Shown here in pieces: positions 56,776 through 64,000 of a stretch of 64,000 nucleotides of DNA (positions are counted from its first letter, which is position 1; each line of letters starts with the position of its first letter). Source of the stretch: Octopus sinensis (taxonomy: Eukaryota); assembly GCF_006345805.1 (NCBI RefSeq), contig NC_043002.1:92070001-92134000 (forward strand), in the 5' to 3' direction. The translations under genes were made by a program, and so were the position numbers. The notes beneath the pieces are model-generated. The model was not told the DNA's origin, ran no database searches, and saw only the letters and a program-made list of their open reading frames with translations.

Positions 56776-58152
56776 CAGTAGTTTTATTTTTATAGCGTGC
56801 TTTCACTTCACTACCGAGCGCAGCTCTGTGTGACTTGGGTATGTGCTGTGTTTGTTGTGATGCTCTGATGGTTATTGTATGGAAAGTGTTCTGCGTAGGA
56901 TGTGTGCAGTGCCTAGTAGTGCAATTTTCTGTATGTTATATGTGTTTGTAAGTCCTGGTGTTTTTGTTATGTATTTGTCTGAATATTTTTTTATCATGCC
57001 TAATGCACCAACTATGATAGGAATTGTTTCTGTTTTCAGGTTCCACATTCTAGTTACCTCTATTTCCAGGTCTTTGTATTTTGAGAGTTTCTCCATTTCT
57101 TTTAGAGACACGTTGTCATCAGCCGGTATTGATACATCAATTAGAAAGCATTTTTTTTCTTCAATTTCTCTGACAACTATATCTGGTCTGTTGGCCTTAA
57201 TTTCTCTATCTGTGTGTATCGGCATATCCCAGAGTATGGTTGCTTTCTCGTTTTCTGTGACCTTTTCTGGTGTGTGCCTATACCATCTTTTTTCTGTTGT
57301 TATTCCATAATGTTGGCATAGCTTCCAATGTATGTAGGTTCCAACTCTGTCATGTCTGTGAATATATTCCTTCTTAGCCAAGACTGGGCAGCTAGAGATA
57401 ATATGATTTATTGTTTCTTGTCCATCTCCACATATTCTGCAGTTACTTGTAATATTTCTTTTCATTACATGTTTTTGGTAATTTCTGGTGGGGAGGCTTT
57501 GGTCTTGTGCTGCAATTAAAAATCCCTCTGTTTCTGCTTTGAGTCCTGAGCTTCTCAACCATTGCTGGGATTTTTCTTTGTCTATTTCTTTTGCGTTTAG
57601 TTTAGTCCAATATTTACCATGAAGGGGCTTTTCTTGCCATCGTTTTATCATGGTTCGTTGCGGTTCTATTTTTAGTTTGGATTTCATTTGTTTTATAGCT
57701 TTTGTTGTTTCTTCATCTTCTTCTTCTTCATGTTTATTAGGTGGTATGATTTCTTGTTTGTATTTGTCAGCTTCCTTAAATACTGAGAACAGATTTTTGT
57801 TTTGCTCGTGTTTTGCCGCTATCTGGATCAGTTTTCCTTCCTTCTGAAGTAGATATTTTTGCAGTCCTATGGTGGTTATTTTATAGTAGTTTTCCAGCTG
57901 TATAAGGCCTCTACCACCTTCTATACGTTGTATATATAGTCTTTCTATGTCAGATTTTGGGTGATGCATCCTAGATCCTGTCATTATTTTTCTTGTTTTC
58001 CTATCTATTTTGGTCAGTTCATTTCGTGTCCAGTTAAGGATATTGTAGCTGTAACTTATAACTGGGACAGCTAAAGTGTTAATACCTATTATCTTGTTTT
58101 AGCATTGAGCTCTGTGTTCAGTATTGATCTAACTCGTCTATAATATTCTTTT
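56776..58152 (-). mobile_element. Dong/R4-like retrotransposon, second subfamily, 5'-truncated
   Basis: RT thumb, CCHC and RLE domains plus a distinct 3' UTR (...cacgctataaaaataaaactactg); (AAT)n on both flanks. Confidence 0.95.
56872..57984 (-). CDS. Open 370-aa C-terminal frame of the Dong/R4-like ORF (not expected to be expressed on its own)
   Basis: RLYIQRIEGGRGL, CRICGDGQETINHIISSC, ANRPDIVV, LSKYKDLEIE; no stops. Confidence 0.8.
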   Translation of the reverse strand: MTGSRMHHPKSDIERLYIQRIEGGRGLIQLENYYKITTIGLQKYLLQKEGKLIQIAAKHEQNKNLFSVFKEADKYKQEIIPPNKHEEEEDEETTKAIKQMKSKLKIEPQRTMIKRWQEKPLHGKYWTKLNAKEIDKEKSQQWLRSSGLKAETEGFLIAAQDQSLPTRNYQKHVMKRNITSNCRICGDGQETINHIISSCPVLAKKEYIHRHDRVGTYIHWKLCQHYGITTEKRWYRHTPEKVTENEKATILWDMPIHTDREIKANRPDIVVREIEEKKCFLIDVSIPADDNVSLKEMEKLSKYKDLEIEVTRMWNLKTETIPIIVGALGMIKKYSDKYITKTPGLTNTYNIQKIALLGTAHILRRTLSIQ

Positions 58153-58155
58153 TTA

Positions 58156-58208
<53 letters not shown>

Positions 58209-58239
58209 CACTATTATTATTATTATTATTATTATTATA

Positions 58240-58345
58240 TGTTTGACTTTTGCTTTATGTCTGTACAAGTTGGCTCCAGGTCTCACCCAGAGACCTCAAG
58301 AGACAACAGGTTGGAAGTTCTGTGCCATATATTTGGGTTTTTTTT
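58240..58345 (-). mobile_element. 3' UTR-only insertion of the 44-47 kb Dong/R4-like family
   Basis: Near-identical to 44175-44270; inside an (ATT)n tract. Confidence 0.85.
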
Positions 58346-58375
58346 ATTTTTTATTATTATTATTATTATTATCAC

Positions 58376-58411
<36 letters not shown>

Positions 58412-58434
58412 CACTATTATTATTATTATTATTA

Positions 58435-58470
<36 letters not shown>

Positions 58471-58479
58471 CATTATCAC

Positions 58480-58528
<49 letters not shown>

Positions 58529-58529
<1 letters not shown>

Positions 58530-58680
58530 CACGAGTAACCTTTCGAAGCACCGCCCCCTACTGGGAGCTTTATACGGACCTTTCTATTGGACAAAAACCC
58601 TTTGTAATTTTCGTCCTGTCTTTGTCCTTACATGTTTTCTTGATTTTTGTTAGCCCTTGTGGCTAATAAACCAAAATTTA

Positions 58681-58682
<2 letters not shown>
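58529..58682 (+). mobile_element. Probable L1/Tx1-like 3' terminal fragment
   Basis: Ends gttagcccttgtggctaataaa..., like the LINE ends at 49660 and 30335; lies in (ATT)n. Confidence 0.45.
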
Positions 58683-58718
<36 letters not shown>

Positions 58719-59272
58719 GAGTGAGAGAGCAGTTCATGCCATCAAAGTGACACTGGGGTAAATATACGAAGCCCAATATACCCATCATGACTACCCGTCT
58801 GATAAGGGTACACCAGGCACATGCATCACAACCATATGTGCGCGACATGGTGATCTCATATCAAGATAAACAGCACATGACCTTGCAGGTGGGGCCCAGT
58901 GAGAATTTTCTTCAGGTCGAGTAGCCCATCCCGTTCAAAAGGTCCCTGAATAAGGGTTGTTTAAGGATGTTGAAAGAACCACCTATGTTTCCAGAGGTGA
59001 ATTATTCAAACCCCAAAGAATCCCTCTCAACACATGGCTATGATGCTCCCCCACTACTTCTGCTCGTGATCAGAGATGCACATATCGTCAGCCACTAAGG
59101 CACATGCTCAACTGGTTAAGGTCAAACAACTGACAAGCAAATCTGTGGTATTGAGCAGAATATTTCCTGTAGCCTCATCTTTTATACCAAGACGAAACAA
59201 TGTACATGATAACACTTCCAATCAGTTAAGATCGGAAGCCATGAGAGCCACTGACTGGTACTGCATCAGGGC

Positions 59273-59273
<1 letters not shown>
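58719..59273 (-). mobile_element. ~555-bp element, full length
   Basis: Both termini present; (ATT)n on both sides. Confidence 0.9.
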
Positions 59274-59326
<53 letters not shown>

Positions 59327-59329
59327 CAC

Positions 59330-59374
<45 letters not shown>

Positions 59375-59377
59375 CAC

Positions 59378-59423
<46 letters not shown>

Positions 59424-59437
59424 GTTATTATTATCAC

Positions 59438-59483
<46 letters not shown>

Positions 59484-59619
59484 TATTATCATTATTATTA
59501 TTATTATTATTTGTAGGGAAAGAAACTGTTTATAGACCTTATGTTCAAACGGATGAAGATTGTTAAGGTAATAGGTGGTGGCTTCGTGAATATTCACACT
59601 TATGCTTGCTGTAATTGTT

Positions 59620-59652
<33 letters not shown>

Positions 59653-60229
59653 AAACTGGTCTTACTGTTATTTTTTTATTTTTTGTTATTATTCATCGTC
59701 ATTTTTTATATTTCTTACTTTTTCCATATTTTTTTTTGTTTTTATTTTTTGTTCCTGTAAATATTTTTTTCTTCGTACAGTAATTAGTTAAGCATATTCA
59801 CCTGAAACGGTGATACATACGCACACACACACACATACACACACACACACACACACCACACACACACACACACAACACACACACAGCACAAGATATACAC
59901 ATGCACATGCACACACACACATTGCACATGCATGCACATAGTTGTGTATCTGGATTCTTGTATGTGTGAATATATAAAAGTGTCATTGTGTGTATGTGTG
60001 TGTGTGTGTGATTTTGTGAGTGTGTGAGTGTGTGTGTGTGTGTGTGAAGGTGTGTACATATATATGTATGTGTTCGTATATCAGCAAAGTTCAGTCTATA
60101 TTTGAGTATAATTCTTGTGTACATTATTTGATATTTAATCTCATGCATATACATGTATTTATGCATACATTTACCTGCATTTTATACTTGTGTGTACTCA
60201 CACATATATAAAATGCATGAATACACACA

Positions 60230-61400
60230 TATACACAAACATACACGAAGTATTACTTCGCTTGGAATTGCAACTGTTGTATTACAGCACAATTTAAAAG
60301 TTATGCTTCGAAAGATCAGAAAGTGGTTTCGAAACACTAAAAGATAGAAAATGGACGAACGAAACACTCCCAAGGTCCAAAAGAAATGTCGATTATGTCA
60401 TGTTTCTGTGGAAGAGATCACACACGTGGGTTGTAGCTGCCGGAGTATCACAGACCTCAACAACAACAACATGACTTACTACATGACATGATGTCGCCGG
60501 TCACAGAAAAGGCCACACTGACATTAATATAAATAATGGGAGAATTTCGGTTTGAACGGCAGTTTTTAACATAATTTCTAGGTAACTAAAAAATTTTAAA
60601 CTTCGTATACTGGTAGAATGTGTTTATAAAACATCTTTTTCTCTTGGCTTTATTGAGAAAATTCTAGAGTTTGTAAGATATTTGTTGTTTTTTCTTCAAT
60701 TTCTGCAATTTCAACCAATCACTGACGTCTATTGAGGTAAATAACATTCTGTGTCGTATGAACATGTCCCTCGTTTAAGAAACAGATTGGGTTTATTTAC
60801 ATTTGTGAAGAAAAAAAGATACCCTTCCCCCCACCCCTAACCCTAACCCTAAAACAGATTGAAATGTAATAGATCGATACTAGGGTCATAATTATGGGTG
60901 ACAATTTCATATGACACCGCTAGAAAAAACTGCCGTTCAAACCGAAAAGATCCAAATAATGTTACTGGCATTCTCTACATTCATATCAATAAATTAAACA
61001 CTAACGATACTTTCACTTCAAAACATCTGGCTAATGCAAACAGGCTTGACATTGTTATTTGGGACAAAAAATAATATATGAACAGTCATAAGTGGTCAAC
61101 TGTTTTACAAATGTTAACATTTCTTTCGAAATCAACGAAAAAGACAATATATAGGAGCAATTCTTCAAAATGTACAGCTTTTCTACTCAGATAATAAAGT
61201 CACATTTACATCGATAATTATTGGTACGCTTGGCTATGTTGTTAATAAATTTCTCCCCTAGAATCTCGAATAGTTAGGGATTTCAAACAAAGAATGTGAA
61301 CAGTTAATATATACTTTACAAATGCAATCATTAAACAGAACGGTTAAAAATATGGGATCATGGAAGAATTTCATAAATTTGGATTAGAAAAATTTATGGT
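60230..61400 (+). pseudogene. Old RLE-type retrotransposon remnant split by a MITE
   Basis: KKCRLCHVSVEEITHVGCSC before the MITE; NRLDIVIWDK and IIIGTLGYV after it; resembles 310-900. Confidence 0.6.
60539..60953. mobile_element. 415-bp MITE, Merlin-like
   Basis: 8-bp TSD AAATAATG (60531-60538, 60954-60961); TIRs beginning GG; internal (CCCTAA)3. Confidence 0.85.
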
Positions 61401-61460
61401 GTTTCTTGTGCAAATTCCTTTTATGAAAAATGCAAATAATTAAAAAGAATGATATACAAT

Positions 61461-61870
61461 TAGGCGCAGGAGTGGCTGTGTGGTAAGTAGCTTGCTAATC
61501 AACCACATGGTTCCGGGTTCAGTCCCACTGCGTGGCATCTTGGGCAAGTGTCTTCTGCTATAGCCCCGGGCCGACCAATGCCTTGTGAGTGGATTTGGTA
61601 GACGGAAACTGAAAGAAGCCTGTCGTATATATGTATATATATATATATGTGTGTATGTTTGTGTGTCTGTGTTTGTCCCCCTAGCAATGCTTGACAACCG
61701 ATGCTGGTGTGTTTACGTCCCCGTCACTTAGCGGTTTGGTAAAAGAGACCGATAGAATAAGTACTGGGCTTACAAAGAATAAGTCCCGGGGTCGATTTGC
61801 TCGACTAAAGGCGGTGCTCCAGCATGGCCGCAGTCAAATGACTGAAACAAGTAAAAGAGTAAAAGAGTAA
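61461..61870 (+). mobile_element. SINE family A, full-length reference copy
   Basis: tRNA-like head (tggctgtgtggta A box, gggttcagtcc B-box-like), internal TA/TG repeat, (GTAAAAGA)n tail. Confidence 0.9.
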
Positions 61871-62363
61871 TTACATTTACAGATTGATCCGTAGAAAATA
61901 CTGCTCTGGGACAAATAGCAAAATATTTATGGTGTTGAGTACACAGTGAGAATCTAACACAAAAAATATCGATGGATCATTCCCAACGAAACCCGTACTA
62001 TATACAAAGAATCAGGTGTTTAGAACAGAAAATAGGAATTACGTAATTTAGTAAGGGACAGCTGCCAAGCGGATATGAACTGCTGACAAGAAAATGGCGA
62101 GAAATAAAGGATGTAGGGCAGTAATTATAATTTATTCAGGGAGTTCGATACTGTTGCGGGTGAAGGAGAGTAAAAAAAAAGTCATTCTTGGTCTGGAGAC
62201 CTGGCACAAACGCTTTCAAGACAGTTGGCTGCACTAAAGACAACAACGAAGTAAGTCTACCACTCGCATTTAGAAACGGTTTCACCGACGATTAAATTCC
62301 ATTCAGAAAATTTTAGTGGTCCGAGACAATTGCAAAAGACACACGACATTCCGTGATGTAGGA

Positions 62364-62586
62364 CAGGCGGCGAGCTGGCAGAACCGTTAGCACGCCGGGC
62401 GAAATGCGTAGCCGTATTTCATCTGCCGTTACGTTCTGAGTTCAAATTCCGCCGAGATCGACTTTGCCTTTCATCCTTTCGGGGTCGATAAATTAAGTAC
62501 CATCAGTCGATGCAATCGACTTAATCCGTTTGTCTGTCCTTGTTTGACCCTTCTGTGTTTAGCCCCTTGTGGGTAGTAAAGAAATA
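62364..62586 (+). mobile_element. SINE family B, full length (tail type 1)
   Basis: 9-bp TSD GATGTAGGA; B-box-like gagttcaaattc. Confidence 0.9.
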
Positions 62587-62814
62587 GATGTAGGATCGAA
62601 CCGAAATCGAATTATTTTTAATACACAGCAGCAATAATACAATTGTCAAGAAGTATATGAATATCGTAGCCACCAAGCAATAACTAACCAACACCTCTTC
62701 CTAGTCACCAACTTTCGAATAACCACTTGGCATTAACAATAATAGTATCATTGTGATAACGATGTCTGGTTAAATGTGCAGCATATCATCACAACGACAT
62801 GGGTGTGCTGTGTA

Positions 62815-62863
<49 letters not shown>

Positions 62864-63095
62864 AAGAGAGATAGAGGAAGAGAAAGCGAAAGAAAGAGGA
62901 AGATGAGTTTTTATGACTTTAGTCATAGTTGTAAAGGACGAAGTGGCCATCAATCTGGTAATCCATTAACTAACTTTAATCATACAATACGTCCTTCCAC
63001 CTCACTCTATCACGCTTTCATATTGTCATTTCTATTTTTACATCCACAAGTAAAAGTCAATATTTTGCTCTCAAACAACAGTTGTTTCCTTGTAC

Positions 63096-63510
63096 GGATC
63101 TTTTCGGTTTGAACGGCAGTTTTTCTAGCGGTGTCATATGAAATTGTCACCCATAATTATGACCCTAGTATTGATCTATTGCATTTCAATCTGTTTTAGG
63201 GTTAGGGTTAGGGTTATGGGTGGGGGGAGGGTATCTTTTTTTCTACACAAATGTAAATAAACCCAATCTGTTTCTTAAACGAGGGACATATTCATACGAC
63301 ACAGAATGTTTTTTTACCTCAATAGACGTATTTGATTAGTTGAAAGAAATTGAAGAAAAAACAACAAATATCTTACAAACTCTGGAATTTTCTCAATAAA
63401 GCCAAGAGAAAAAGATGTTTTATAAACACATTCTACCAGTATACGAAGTTTAAAATTTTTTAGTTACCTAGAAATTATGTTAAAAACTGCCGTTCAAACC
63501 GAAAAGATCC
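63096..63510. mobile_element. 415-bp MITE, Merlin-like (opposite orientation to 60539-60953)
   Basis: Perfect 29-bp TIR GGATCTTTTCGGTTTGAACGGCAGTTTTT; 8-bp TSD CCTTGTAC. Confidence 0.9.
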
Positions 63511-63626
63511 CCTTGTACGACTATTATATTATATATTTATTGTAGATAAATACTAATCGCGCCACTGTTGGATTTACCAACAGTTTTACCTACAGTTCAA
63601 GATGTTTGGTAGAAATTACCAACTGG

Positions 63627-63790
63627 CGGTATTTCGTCCGTCTTTACGTTCTGAGTTCAAATTCCGCCGAGGTCGACTTTGCCTTTCATCCTTTCGGGGT
63701 CGATAAATTAATTACCAGTTGCGTACAGGGGTCGATCTAATCGACTAGCCCTCTCCCCCAAAATTTCGGGCCTTGTGCCTAGAGCAGAAA
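63627..63790 (+). mobile_element. SINE family B, 5'-truncated (tail type 2)
   Basis: 16-bp TSD AGAAATTACCAACTGG (63611-63626, 63791-63806). Confidence 0.85.
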
Positions 63791-64000
63791 AGAAATTACC
63801 AACTGGAGTTGAAGGTAGTAGTACGAAGCGAAAAGTAACCGTAAAGAGATTACACTGGATATTAAACCTAATGTTTTTAAAAGGCCTAATACAGAGAAAA
63901 AAAGTCAACTAAATTGTCATAAGATTAAAGCTTACAATCCCTTCGGTAAGGACAATACCTGTCAATAAAGAGGAAAGTATGTCAAGTGCTCAAGAAGTTA

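Noticed and set aside
60830-60850. (CCCTAA)3 as an interstitial telomere
   Set aside because: It is an internal part of the 415-bp MITE and recurs in the second copy.

Overview
This is an AT-rich, repeat-saturated eukaryotic window with one 100-N gap (12517-12616). I can support no host protein-coding gene, rRNA, tRNA gene or CRISPR array. The repeat families look like those of coleoid cephalopods, probably Octopus; this is inference from memory, not a database hit. Most predicted ORFs are microsatellite read-throughs. Content: (i) RLE-type non-LTR retrotransposons (Dong/R4-like), including a ~3.6 kb copy broken mainly by 1-nt deletions and a ~1.4 kb copy with an intact 370-aa frame; (ii) L1/Tx1-like, RTE-like and Penelope-like fragments; (iii) at least four tRNA-headed SINE families; (iv) a ~555-bp non-coding retroelement-like family found in (AAT)n tracts; (v) DNA transposon remnants (mariner, Chapaev3-like, hAT and Merlin-like MITEs, non-autonomous Helitrons); (vi) very many microsatellites. 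Most notable: seven type I hammerhead ribozyme motifs within about 10 kb (15.6-25.7 kb), one inside a ~395-bp partially tandem, retrozyme/pLTR-like unit and two inside an inverted repeat pair. Also notable are an apparent strand-polarised sharing of (AAT)n tracts by two retroelement guilds and a fold-back palindrome centred on a truncated LINE end. Several structures could partly reflect long-read assembly noise, and coordinates of degenerate copies are approximate.
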